A DNA stretch of 62,245 bases, counting the filler, from Basidiobolus ranarum (taxonomy: Eukaryota), in the NCBI GenBank assembly GCA_040143965.1. It is 24 parts of 24 records of this genome, joined end to end, with 100 filler letters (N's around TTAATTAATTAA, not from the genome) between each part and the next. Parts side by side here need not be neighbours in the genome. Positions count along the whole stretch, not along the records: positions 1 to 2,508 come from JASJQH010010134.1; positions 2,609 to 5,115 come from JASJQH010010135.1; positions 5,216 to 7,722 come from JASJQH010010136.1; positions 7,823 to 10,328 come from JASJQH010010137.1; positions 10,429 to 12,933 come from JASJQH010010138.1; 19 more parts are not named here. One strand, written 5' to 3'. The position numbers and the translations under genes are program-made. Below, in pieces: positions 1-10,849 of this stretch (position 1 is the first letter of the stretch; the number at the start of each line of letters is the position of its first letter). Under the pieces are notes generated by a model. It saw only the letters and a list, made by a program, of their open reading frames with translations, was not told where the DNA came from and made no database searches.

Positions 1-1623
1 ACTAGTAGAAGCGCTGGAACCACTGACACTCCCGCTGTTGGTTCCTGTCGCACTAGTAGACGATCCACTGCTACTACCTCTGTTGGTATCTGTAGCACCA
101 GTAGAAGCGCTTGAACCACTGACACTTCCGCTGGGGGAGGTAGCTGTAGTGGGAACTGAGGTGACACTGGTTACAACTGAAGATGTCGCGCTTGAGCCTG
201 TGGGGCTAGAAGCGGAAACACTCGATCCACTAACACTACCACTGTTGGTGTCTGTAACACTAGTAGAAGCGCTTGAACCACTAACACTACCACTGGGGGA
301 TGTAGCGGTAACAGATTCAGTAGAAGTAAATGTGGATGTGGCAAAAGTAGTCAAAGTCGTAGTAGTAGGCCCACTAGGACCAGTTTGAATGGAAGTAACT
401 GTAGTGGGAACTGAAGTGGTCACAACTGAGGATGTCGGATTTGTAGTAGAAGCACTCGATCCACTGACACTACCACTGTTTGTACTGGATGCACTAGTAG
501 ATGTAACGGACCCACTAACACTGCCACTGGGGGACGAGCTAGTCAAAGAGTTGCTATTACTTGGCTCAGTACCAGATTGAGTCTGAGTATTAGTACTGGT
601 GCCGGTGACGGAAGTAACCATTGTGGTAGTGGAAGGTCCACTAGGTCCACCAGTAGTTATGGTAATAGTGGTGGGAACAATAGAGGTAGTGATAACAGTA
701 AAGGTTGTGGGAGGAGTGTTGGTCTGAGTAGTAAAGGAAGTAGTATCAAGAGTTGTTACCGCATTCGTGGTGGGAGTGATAGTTGCAATCACTGTAGAAG
801 GCACTACGGTGTTACTCGGCTGAGTTACTGTAATGGTAGGCGTAGCAGTTACAAATACAGGTGGGAATATATCCGTAATGTAAGTTGAATCTACTGGCCT
901 CTCAACTGCAGTAGAAGGAAGTGTCTCAGTAAAGTATGGCACTCCAGTATGAGTAACTGTTCTTCCTGGATAAACAGAAATAATGACACTGCCGAAGTCA
1001 CTGTAGGTAATCGTTTGTGGTGGCACAATAATGGTATTAACACTATTCCCAAGCAGATTCGTGATTGTCGCACCTCGAATGGTTTGTAAAATTTCCAATG
1101 AGCTTTTTGCTTCACTATAAGTCCAAACACTGCTCCTATTTGGGTCGTCTGGACCAGTCAAAGTCGCCGTAGGGAAAGGAGTATTTGGAAACAACGTTTC
1201 TGTAACCTGATCAAGAGTTGCGGTATACAGTGAAGTTGGCAAAAATCTTGTGATAGTGGTTGGTTGCACGTTTTGAGTCACTGTTCTCGGTGGAAGCTGT
1301 CTTATGGCCGTACTTTCTGGATAAGTACTGATAACTGTTTCTCCACGAAATACATCGGTGAAAGTTATAGCTTCAATAGTATCAGTGAAAACTGCTGATG
1401 AAATGGTTTTCGTGGCAGAATAGCCTTGCACTGTGCCCGTCACACTGTGAGAAGGTACAAAATAGGTAACGGTAGCTCTTGGTAATCCTACTGTGTAGGT
1501 ATAAGATGCTGTTAAACCCGAGTTCCCCGCAGGGGAAGTTGTTTGAGCCTGTGCTGCAATGGGCTGTGAGAGTGCAAGTAAAAGTACTCCGGCGTAGTTT
1601 CGTCTCCTATTGTTCAAATGCAT
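1..1623 (-). CDS. Secreted Ser/Thr-rich mucin/adhesin-like cell-surface protein, 3'-truncated (at least 541 aa)
   Basis: Manual translation from ATG at 1623 stays open to base 1. It starts MHLNNRRRNYAGVLLLALSQPIAAQAQ (signal-peptide-like), continues through a T/V/P-rich region, then repeats of SPSGSVSGSSASTS / TNSGSVSGSS. It is absent from the ORF track because there is no stop codon in the window. Confidence 0.88.
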   Translation of the reverse strand, partial: MHLNNRRRNYAGVLLLALSQPIAAQAQTTSPAGNSGLTASYTYTVGLPRATVTYFVPSHSVTGTVQGYSATKTISSAVFTDTIEAITFTDVFRGETVISTYPESTAIRQLPPRTVTQNVQPTTITRFLPTSLYTATLDQVTETLFPNTPFPTATLTGPDDPNRSSVWTYSEAKSSLEILQTIRGATITNLLGNSVNTIIVPPQTITYSDFGSVIISVYPGRTVTHTGVPYFTETLPSTAVERPVDSTYITDIFPPVFVTATPTITVTQPSNTVVPSTVIATITPTTNAVTTLDTTSFTTQTNTPPTTFTVITTSIVPTTITITTGGPSGPSTTTMVTSVTGTSTNTQTQSGTEPSNSNSLTSSSPSGSVSGSVTSTSASSTNSGSVSGSSASTTNPTSSVVTTSVPTTVTSIQTGPSGPTTTTLTTFATSTFTSTESVTATSPSGSVSGSSASTSVTDTNSGSVSGSSVSASSPTGSSATSSVVTSVTSVPTTATSPSGSVSGSSASTGATDTNRGSSSGSSTSATGTNSGSVSGSSASTS

Positions 1624-2430
1624 ACTGTTGAGGGAAAAGAAAACTAAGAAAGTTAGTTAGAGAAGAAGAGGAATTGTCGCTTTGTTTGTAAATGTCTGAT
1701 GTTTCTTGGAATATATATATGAATTCTCTTGCTCCATAACACCTATACAATTACACTTGTTATTGGTAGCAGGAAAGTTCTACAGGTCATTTCCACATGA
1801 TTTCTCCAGACTCTTCGTAGTCATGATCTTTGGTTACTACAAATTGATTGGAAGGGACGCTTGGGGTAAAATGGTTGGTTATTTGTTACGCCTACTTAAA
1901 ACTTAAACTCTAAAGTTCCTTCCTTCTTCGTAAAAGTGACAGTTTCTCTCATAACCACTAATAGCAATTTGCCAATTTCTTGGCTTAGTGCAGAAGCAAC
2001 ATATTAAAAGTAATAAATCAATGGTAAGGGTATACTATATTACACACTAGATAAAGTGACGACGTAAGAAGCCTCTGGGGCACGTATTTCCCATTTGTCG
2101 TTAGCTGGTCTATTTGTGCTATGAATAGCTTATAGAATATAAGCAGATTGAATGAGTAATTCACACAGTGTATGCAAAAATAATCCATGCCAACATGACA
2201 CTGCCATTTGGCTACAGTAATTGTTTTCCGCTCGATCATCAAATCAACTGGTTGCCAAGGAAGATATGCCCATATTGGCATGAGTGTAATTATAGGCTTG
2301 ATTCAAACAAAGAAAATTCGCCATCCTAAGATCGACAGGTCTGTTGCTGAATTTTACTGGTGAATAGTGGGATCGCCTGATTAGGATGTCAGAGTATCCT
2401 TTCGGGAGGGAAAAGGTGGGGGGGGGACGG

Positions 2431-2508
2431 TGACCATTGAGCTATTACGCTTTCACTCTAAGATGGCTGCTTCCAAGCCCACTTTCTGGTTGTCTTTTCG
2501 GTTCACTT
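2431..2508 (-). rRNA. Fragment of bacterial/mitochondrial-type LSU rRNA (GTPase-associated centre, H43/H44); probable NUMT
   Basis: Reverse complement reads AGACAACCAGAAAGTGGGCTTGGAAGCAGCCATCTTAGAGTGAAAGCGTAATAGCTCAATGGTC. This matches the 23S L11-binding motif (GGCTTAGAAGCAGCCATC...GAAAGCGTAATAGCTCACTGGTC) rather than the cytosolic 28S version. It runs off the contig end. Confidence 0.8.
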
Positions 2509-2608
2509 NNNNNNNNNNNNNNNNNNNNNNNNNNNNNNNNNNNNNNNNNNNNTTAATTAATTAANNNNNNNNNNNNNNNNNNNNNNNNNNNNNNNNNNNN
2601 NNNNNNNN
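2509..2608. other. Artificial contig-joining spacer (first of 23)
   Basis: N44-TTAATTAATTAA-N44, with stops in all six frames. Spacers start at 2509, 5116, 7723, 10329, 12934, 15538, 18142, 20745, 23347, 25948, 28548, 31146, 33742, 36338, 38934, 41529, 44120, 46711, 49302, 51892, 54482, 57071 and 59659. Contig lengths fall from 2508 to 2487 bp. Confidence 0.98.
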
Positions 2609-2622
2609 GCAACATCATGAAT

Positions 2623-3069
2623 TTAACAACCAGAGCCGAATGGAATATCCCAATATTTGGAGTGATTGCCGAAGTCTACAGGAAGAGCAACCCCTAAGAT
2701 ACAATTAGAATCCTCTTTGACTTTGCCATTAACTACATCTTGGCAAGTGACAGTGTGGTATCATCCTTACGAATATAGATTTCGTGTGGGTGATGGTGAT
2801 ATCCCATGTCTTGAGGCGGAAGTCTGGTCACTGGGTCGCCCTTACTGGTGATTCTCACTAATGTTGTACGAGTGGTACCCAGCTCAAATGTATTGTACAC
2901 CAGTTGAGAAAAATCGGAATTTCCAGCTCTTGGTCGACCATAGGCATGTAGGTGTATTTGAAAGCGATCAATAATTAGCAACTCAGACTTGAAAGATCTT
3001 CCACTGCTTGGATTCAAGTAAATTCTCTTTATATCCATTGCGCAAAATGTTGTTACAGCAGCTTAAGGA
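2623..3069 (-). pseudogene. Class 3 (fungal triacylglycerol) lipase C-terminal half, frameshifted
   Basis: AVTTFCAMD...HAYGRPRAGNSDFSQLV...VRITSKGDPVTRLPPQDMGYHHHPHEIYI, then after a frameshift near 2752-2757 TVTCQDVVNGKVKEDSNCILGVALPVDFGNHSKYWDIPFGSGC*. This matches the lipase_3 motifs YGxPRxGN, RxxxxxDxVxxLPP, GYxHxxxExxI and the C-terminal catalytic His. The GHSLG elbow is damaged. Confidence 0.75.
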
Positions 3070-3679
3070 CTTTATTTCAACAAGATATTATTTACATATA
3101 TTAGTGATTATTAAATGGCGATTTGTACTCTTCGACTGTATTAAGTACCTGTTCTCATTCCTCTGTGTATATCGGAAGAATACCATTTTGATGGCCATTG
3201 CTGGTAAAAACAATATGAGCGACTTTTTCATGCAGCAGCTTAGGCAATGCTTTGATATGCTTATAATGTATATATTCATATCTTTTATTGGGCTCTCAAC
3301 CTTATTTATGCGAACATTATTATAGCACTTGTGATTTGTGAAAGATTTGCCGCCAAAAATTCTAGTGCGTATTATGACGTAGTGTTGGAGACCTTGAACT
3401 ATGACGCGATGTTTGTTTATGGACTGGAGAATATATATATATGGTAAACTAAGTAATTTAGTATAATCAATTTTTGTTTTGGGATCAGCTAATCTAGCCT
3501 CTATTTGGAAATCAGAGTATATATTTAACGGACTATTTTTAGATACCTATAATTATCACATTCTATATACTTTTCTTCGATTTTCGTTTCCAAAGCATTT
3601 TTTTTGTTCCCGTCAGTAATATAAATATTGGATCAAACACTCTCATCCATCCATATTCAGTTGTCTCGTTATTATCTAA

Positions 3680-4129
3680 ATGAAAAACTTCTTTGCATAC
3701 GCTTTGATTGCCTTGGGTGTCCAAGTCTCTGCACTCCCTCACCCTGTGAGTATGTGTGGTGACTGGTCAGTCTCCTCACTTGAACACACTCTGCCAAATA
3801 CCGAATCCACCTTCACCTCCAATGATCAAGTCACACTTAGATGGGATACTCGTAACGCGAATGTCCAATATATTAGCACGATTGGTCTCTTCAGCGCTAA
3901 AACCAATGAGTTTCTTCATACTCAGTTTCGCAGTTATCCTGGAGTGGATGCAAGCAATGGCGAATTGACCTTTGCACTAACTGTCCCACTTTGCTTACAA
4001 AGAGAAGGAGAGTATTACCTCCAAGTATATGGCGGCACTCCCGCAGCTGACAGTAACTGTTCTCTTCGAACTCAGTCTTTCAAGTTGACCCCAGATCCTA
4101 ACGGAGACTACTCTGTGTGTTCTCTGTAG
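3680..4129 (+). CDS. Small secreted protein (149 aa, 4 Cys), possibly Kre9/Knh1-N-like beta-sandwich
   Basis: Intronless ORF with signal peptide MKNFFAYALIALGVQVSALP and a TATAAATA about 60 nt upstream. The pattern VTLRW...IGLF...GEYYLQV...SFKL resembles the fungal Kre9/KNH N-terminal domain (tentative). Confidence 0.8.
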   Translation: MKNFFAYALIALGVQVSALPHPVSMCGDWSVSSLEHTLPNTESTFTSNDQVTLRWDTRNANVQYISTIGLFSAKTNEFLHTQFRSYPGVDASNGELTFALTVPLCLQREGEYYLQVYGGTPAADSNCSLRTQSFKLTPDPNGDYSVCSL

Positions 4130-5215
4130 GAAACAACTTATAAATATAATCATTAATGTACTATATAATACCCTGCCTAATAAATCCTCCATCTGAATGG
4201 ACTTTATCCTGTTTGCGTCCTTACCAGTTTCCTCTCTTGATCACAAGTAACCCTTCTGCCAAGTGATTTATTCAGTTGATGTAGAAACTGTCAAGATGCA
4301 CTTGAAGTATCTCTAATTAATGTCATCATGATATTCTCACTTCTTTAATTTTATTCACAAAGAGAAATAGACAAGAAGGTTGGGTGCAACATCGAGGTCG
4401 TCTATTATGTTTGTACAACCAGCAACCATACATCATGAGGGGATCTCAGTCCTTGGAGTTTTCCAATTTTTAATACCTTTACCAGTGGCAACTATATATT
4501 AAATCTGATCAATCGAACTCTCACTGATTTGACCAGTTTGGCTATCTGATAGTTACTTACGAATAAAGTCAATGAAATGTCCAATTAATTGTTTTAATTC
4601 ATCTCATTTTGGATTAAAACACTGTAGGATAGATGAAACACACCCAATTTCTAACTGCTTAGCGGGTATATTTACCATAATACAAGCTACCATCCAATAA
4701 TCAAGAAGGTTGAATTAATTGGAACAGATTCTAGTTAACACTTGCTCAGTTCTTAGTGATATGTCGTTCATGTCTGGTTTCCCAGGCTCTGATATTAATT
4801 TAATATTTACGGGATTCATTGCCATCGTACATGAGAGAACTCCATCTGATTAAGGTATTTGAATTACTCACTGTTTCTAGTTTTGTCGTCGCACTGGCCA
4901 CCAAGTCATGAAACAATCTTGATTACTTCCTATGACTGCTTGCGCAAGCTCAGCCATTATATACATGCGCTTCGTCCAGTGTTGATTGTGTGCTATGGGT
5001 GAGTTGCAGGAAAAAGGAGTCTCCAACAATAAGGCAATGCGATCAGTAAGTGATGTTGTTGATAATGTTATGGGCTGGCACGGAGAAAAAAAGGAAAACA
5101 GTGGCACTCGAGGACNNNNNNNNNNNNNNNNNNNNNNNNNNNNNNNNNNNNNNNNNNNNTTAATTAATTAANNNNNNNNNNNNNNNNNNNNNNNNNNNNN
5201 NNNNNNNNNNNNNNN

Positions 5216-6855
5216 GCATATTTTTCCACTCAAATCACAGTTCTTGATCCAGAAAGCACAATCAGCACTGTTCAGGAAGTGTCTGACAAAATTCCAGCTG
5301 TATTTAAGTCCTATTCAGCCAAATTGCAGTCCCAATAACATCAGAGGATTATTAAGGACCCTGAAGATCATCCAGAGGGGGAGATAGGCCCAGAAACTGG
5401 TTGAACACTTCCAATGATCATGTATTTCATTATGCAGCATTCTGTGACCAGCCACAGATCCTAGATCAAGCCCTGGAGTGTCCAGAATTAGAATTATGCT
5501 AAAAAAGCAATGTCTGCTGAGTTTTCTTGACTAAAGGACAATAAAAAGTGGGCTTTAAGACCCCTACAATCAGGGAGAAAGCCAATAGGTTGCAAATGGG
5601 TCTACAAAGTGAAAAAACTAGCGGATGGATTCATAGAAAGGTTTAAGAAACTTTAACTGTAAAAGTTATTTGCATACTCCAGGAGTCAATTTGTATGAAA
5701 CCTTTGTTGCCAAGTTTAGCTCCATTAGAACAATTGTGGCACCCTCAGTGGTCTACAATTTTGATTTACATCAAATGGATGTAAAAACAGCCTTTTTGAA
5801 TGGAAATCTAGATGAAGAGATCTTTTTGGAGCAACCAGATGGATTTGTTGACCCAAAACCCTGATATGGTCTGTGAGCTGCAAAAATTGCTCTATGACCT
5901 CAAGCAAGCACCTAGGGCATGGTACAACAATATCTTTTTGGAATCACTAAAATTCCAAATATGCACAGGAGATTACAGTATTTACATGAGAACAACCAGA
6001 AATGGGATCCTTATCATGGCACTCTATGTGGATGACCTGTTCATAACTGTATTTGATCTAGAAGCACTTAATCAGATGAAAAGCAGCTTATCAACAACAA
6101 TGGATCTAAATATGAAACCAATCCAAACTTTCATCCAATTTGGCCCAAAATGACTCAAATCAAAGCCACGAGTTCCCTTATCAATCTATGATGCATAATT
6201 TAATGTATACAATGGTTAGAAAACATTGAGACATTGCTGTGGCAGCAAGAACAGTCAGCTAATATCTCCAAAATCCGGATCTGAGTACAATAATGCTATC
6301 AAACAAATATTGCTGTATTTGAGAGGAACTGCAGATCTAGTTCTGGAATACTCTGCCACCCCTGATGCTCAAGCCTTGAGGGCTACAGTAATGCAGACTG
6401 GCGGAGACACCTTGATGATATAAGATCAACAACTGAGCACACCATTCTCTAAGGCAATGGAGCCATAACTTGGCATAGTAAGAAGTTACCAACCATGGCA
6501 CTTTCCACTACAGAAGAAGGGTATATGGCTACCTCTACACCAAAGCTATGTGGTCAAGGATATTATTTACATACTTAGCATATGGGCATACATGTGCTAT
6601 TATTGTATTTGAAGAGATTCAAAGTTGTTTTTCATTAGCTAAAAACCCTATATTTAATGCTAGAACAAAAGATATAGATATTAGGCAGTGTTTTGTTATA
6701 GAAACAAAAGAGGATGATATAATTGAACCTGTCTATTGCCCTACCAACAAAATGATTGCTGACATCTTAACAAAACCTTTAGCTAAAACCCAATTTGAAT
6801 TGTTCTAGTAGAAGATAAGTTTAAGAGAAATACATAATAATCAGTTGAGTGGGAA
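5216..6855 (+). mobile_element. Degenerate Ty1/copia pol (reverse transcriptase + RNase H), family A, ending in a polypurine tract
   Basis: IGCKWVYKVK, LHQMDVKTAFLNGNLDEEIF, LYVDDL, RTKDIDIR...MIADILTKPL, with many stops and frameshifts. PPT AGTTGAGTGGGAA at about 6843-6855 directly precedes the LTR. Same family as 55077-57070. Confidence 0.93.
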
Positions 6856-7173
6856 TGTTCAAATTAGGTTAATAGCAACTCATAATTAAGTAGTTAGTTT
6901 ATTCGTACCCTGATTATTTAACACTCAATTCTGCTATTCAAAATATATGTGTTTATTGTTCTGATTCCACTATTTTCTCAAACTATCTCTGAAGCACCAC
7001 AAATTGTCACCCATGCTTATCTACCATATTTGCTATGATCTAAGCACATCCAATAGTCTTGTTTCATAGTAAACTATAGGTAGGATGTATTCAACTCTAT
7101 CAACCTCAAGTGTCTAATTCTCAAATCCAAATCTTGTCCAAAACACATCGCAATCCCCTAAACACTTTGATCA
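6856..7173 (+). repeat. Copia family A 3' LTR
   Basis: Starts TGTT after the PPT and ends ...CACTTTGATCA. Homologous to 7329-7680 and 22365-22716. Confidence 0.85.
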
Positions 7174-7328
7174 AAGATCACTATATGGACTCAAGCTAGT
7201 ACCCAGGGCATGGTTGAATCACATAGATACCACACTTGTTCCCTGTGATAATGCCAGATTGTGCTGCATATATCATATTATTTCAGGTATTCTAAAATTG
7301 ATGAGGCTGATTATGGCAGTATCCAGCT

Positions 7329-7680
7329 TGTTGAAAATAGGTATATAGCAACTCATTATTTAGTAGTTCATTTATTCATATTCTGATTATTTAGTACTCA
7401 AATCTGTCATTCAAAGATGTGTGTTTATTGCTCTAATTGATAGTAATATCGATTGGATCACTTTTACCAATTTTCACTATTTTCTTAAAACTTCTCCAAA
7501 TCACCTCAAATTTTCACCCATGCTTAACAGGCATGTTTTTTATGATCTAAGCACATCTAATAGTCCTATTTTGTAGTAAACTATAAATAGGACATATTCA
7601 ATTCAGTAAAACTTAAGTGTCTAATTCACAAATCCAAATCTTGTCCAAAACACTTCCAAATCCCCTAAGCACTTTTATCA
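7329..7680 (+). repeat. Copia family A 5' LTR
   Basis: TGTTGAAAATAGG...CACTTTTATCA, followed directly by the PBS and the gag start MSPKLAVKGMST. Confidence 0.88.
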
Positions 7681-7692
7681 GGTTATGAGCCC
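7681..7692 (+). promoter_or_regulatory. Primer-binding site GGTTATGAGCCC (complementary to the tRNA-iMet anticodon stem-loop)
   Basis: Lies immediately 3' of the LTR and has the Ty5/copia half-tRNA PBS sequence. A variant GGATATGAGCCC occurs at 22353-22364 (-). Confidence 0.85.
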
Positions 7693-7822
7693 CAAGCTAG
7701 CTGTTAAAGGAATGTCAACCAGNNNNNNNNNNNNNNNNNNNNNNNNNNNNNNNNNNNNNNNNNNNNTTAATTAATTAANNNNNNNNNNNNNNNNNNNNNN
7801 NNNNNNNNNNNNNNNNNNNNNN

Positions 7823-9540
7823 CAAAAGTCAGCATGCAGATGAAACAAAAACTACACAAGCATTTTATTCTCAAAATAGCCAACCAGAAAGGAGCACTGT
7901 GAAATGTTACAAATGTGGAAAACTGGGACATATAGCACGTTACTGCAGATCAAAGAAGAAATGGGTTTCAAAGAAAAAGGAAGCATATAACACCACTAAA
8001 AGAGGAAATGAACACTATGTACTTATGGCAACCTCTAAATCAGGAAATGACTCTGCTGATGTATGGATTCTAGATTCTGGTGCAAGTGATCATATGTGTC
8101 ACAATAGAAACATAATGCATGACTATAAGGAAATAGAACCTCTGGACATCATGGTAGCTGGAAGAAACAAACTGGTTGCATATGGAATGGGAAAGGTCAC
8201 ACTTGACTTACAAATAAGTAAAACCAAAAGTGCAATGGTAACTTTGGAAGATGTCTTATATATTCCATCATTTACAATAAATCTATTTTCACTTGGAGCA
8301 GTTGAAAAGAAACAATATGATATCAAATTCAGCCAAAGAAAGGCAGCCATATACAAATCAAAGGACTTGATAGTAGTAACTGGAACAAGAATTGGGAATC
8401 TATATTACCTGGATATTGCACCATTAACTGAGACTATTTCTAACAGTGCAAACATTACTTGTGGAAACTTGATGACTTGGCATCAGTGCTTGGGTCATCT
8501 AAGCTTTAATAGTGTGAAATTATTATATAAAAATAGCATATGTACTGTAATGGATCTTATGCCCACAGATATTACTAAATGTGAAAGCTGTAGTTTAGGG
8601 AAAATTGCCAGAAAACCATTTTTAATAGAAGAAGCTAGCAGAGCCAGAAATTTATTGCATCTTATTCATAAAGACTTATGTGGCCCAATGCAAACTCTGA
8701 CACCAAGTAAGCTACAAAATTTACTCATCCTGATAGATGATAAATCTCACTTCACAGTATCATATATTTGGTCAAGCAAATGAGAAGTGTTTCAATATTT
8801 TAAGATATATGAAGCAATGGTCATAACTGTAACAGGAAGAAAGAGCAAAGACCTATGCAGTGATGATGGAGCTATATTTAGCAACAAAGCTGTGACTAGC
8901 TTGTGTAAAGAAAAGGGAATTCATCAGTATTTTAGTATACCACATAGTGCAGAGCAAAATGGAGTTGCAGAAAGGATGAATTGGATTTTAGTTGAGAAAG
9001 CACAAACAAAGCTGATTGATTCAGATCTTCCCAAGACCTATTGAGGTGAAGCATTTTTAACAGCTACATATCTCCTAAAAAGAAGTCTGACACTTAGGAA
9101 CCATGACTCTGAAACTTCTATTAAAATCTGGACTAGAAGCAAGCCTAATCTAAATCACCTTGGATTATTTGGATTAACAGTATATGCTCTTTCTCCTAAA
9201 CCTCAGTATAGGAAATTGCACATAAAGGTAATTAAACAAATCCTACTAGGATATCAGAACATAGGCTATTGTCATTTAATTGCTGGAACAAATCAAAGCA
9301 TCAACCACAGAGACACTATATGCATTGAAGAAAGTTGCAAATCATCTAATCAAAGGAATTTGATTTTGGCTGAAAATCAATTTCACAATTACTCAAATTG
9401 TGAGTTAACAAGTTCTTCAACCACCCTTGAGATAACAAGCATTGAAACCAATGTCAAAAATGATAAATTGGAAATAGATACAAGAATTAGGCCAAATTTG
9501 GAATCTGAAACTATCTATCAACATTATCCAAATTGAGAAA
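7823..9540 (+). mobile_element. Degenerate Ty1/copia gag-pol: zinc knuckle, protease, GAG-pre-integrase, integrase
   Basis: CYKCGKLGHIARYC (CCHC), WILDSGASDHMC, WHQCLGH...CESC, DLCGPMQ, SDDG, EQNGVAERMN. Protease-then-integrase order is the copia order. In-frame stops are present. Confidence 0.93.
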
Positions 9541-10177
9541 ATACCACATCTGGGACAAGGTCTGAAACATAAGCCACCAGTTAATATATGAAAGAGCTCA
9601 AATCATTACCAATCCCTATGGTGGATCTTCCTAGCAGAAAACCAACAAGCAATAATCATATCTCAACTTCACTACAAGTACTAAAACCAAGGAGAACAAA
9701 CTATTATATGATGTTTTTGGAATCAAGCAGCTATACAAGTAGTTAAACATTAGGCAACACTGGAAATGCCCCAGTTACTACCTGAAATTGTGATAACTAC
9801 TTGGAGGAAATTGATAATTTGTAACCAGCTTCTGGAAATCAGCATATTATCTCTGCTAATGAAAGATACAGTCATCAGAAAAAGGATACATTCCAGCCAA
9901 TCAGGAATCAGAAAATTGGGCTAAGAACCAAGGCAATAATTATCTGACCAATCATAGAGTTAAGAAATATCCTACTCTCAATTTGGCTGATATTAGATGC
10001 AATCAATTATTGAAAGTATGCAATCAACCACAACAAGTTTTGTTCAGTCACAAAACTCAAGTATGCAGGTCTCAAAAATCCTATCAAGTGGAAATCAGAA
10101 ACACCCTATAAGTGAAACATTTGACCATTCAACGGAATACTTTGGATGTCATAAATCAGAGCAAGAAATCATTATTC

Positions 10178-10328
10178 CTCTAACAAAAATTTGAGGATTG
10201 TTATTGTAGGAAAACCATCACAATTTTAATCCATTTGGGGTTGACCGTTTACTTACCATCATAAAATTGTCAAGTTAGATTTGATTTTAATCAATTTTTT
10301 CAGTTTCAGGAGTGAAATTTCAAGATCT
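10178..10328. mobile_element. Terminus of the CACTA/EnSpm-type element
   Basis: C(C/T)CTAACAAAAATTTGAGGATTGTTATTGTAGGAAAACCATCACAATTTTAATCC. The same sequence with the same outer boundary and different flanks occurs at 16892, 44370, 47234 and 49550. Confidence 0.8.
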
Positions 10329-10428
10329 NNNNNNNNNNNNNNNNNNNNNNNNNNNNNNNNNNNNNNNNNNNNTTAATTAATTAANNNNNNNNNNNNNNNN
10401 NNNNNNNNNNNNNNNNNNNNNNNNNNNN

Positions 10429-10848
10429 GAGAATGTCTGAGATGCTATTTAAATTGATTCAGAGTAAAAGATTTGCTTAATATATCTGTATGGAGCCACA
10501 GACCAAAAAATACATGAGTTCATCTAAATCAATCAGGTTTAATTGGACTGATAGATCTCTGTTGGTGTTCCTGAGAGCTTCATCCTTATTGGTAGCCATA
10601 ATCAGATCATCTACATATAAGGCAGGTATCACGTGACTGTTCTTATCTGTCTTAGAGTAGATCCCAAAATCCACCACACTCTATTAGAAATCAAATGACT
10701 CCAAGTATGTGTCTATCTTAGTGTAGAAGGCCCTGGGTGATTGTTTAAGTCCATAAACTGATTTTTGAAGCCTGCACACATCCTCAGGGTGCTCAGGACC
10801 CACAAAACTTTCTGGTTGATCCATGAAAATATCCTCTTCCAAGTCCTT
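10429..10848 (-). mobile_element. Copia reverse transcriptase fragment
   Basis: EEDIFMDQPE, QKSVYGLKQSPRAFY, ALYVDDLIMA. Confidence 0.88.
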
Positions 10849-10849
10849 C

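Noticed and set aside
38-888. Three + strand ORFs (Val/Leu-rich and Ser/Gly-rich)
   Set aside because: They are antisense shadows of the repetitive Ser/Thr gene on the minus strand.
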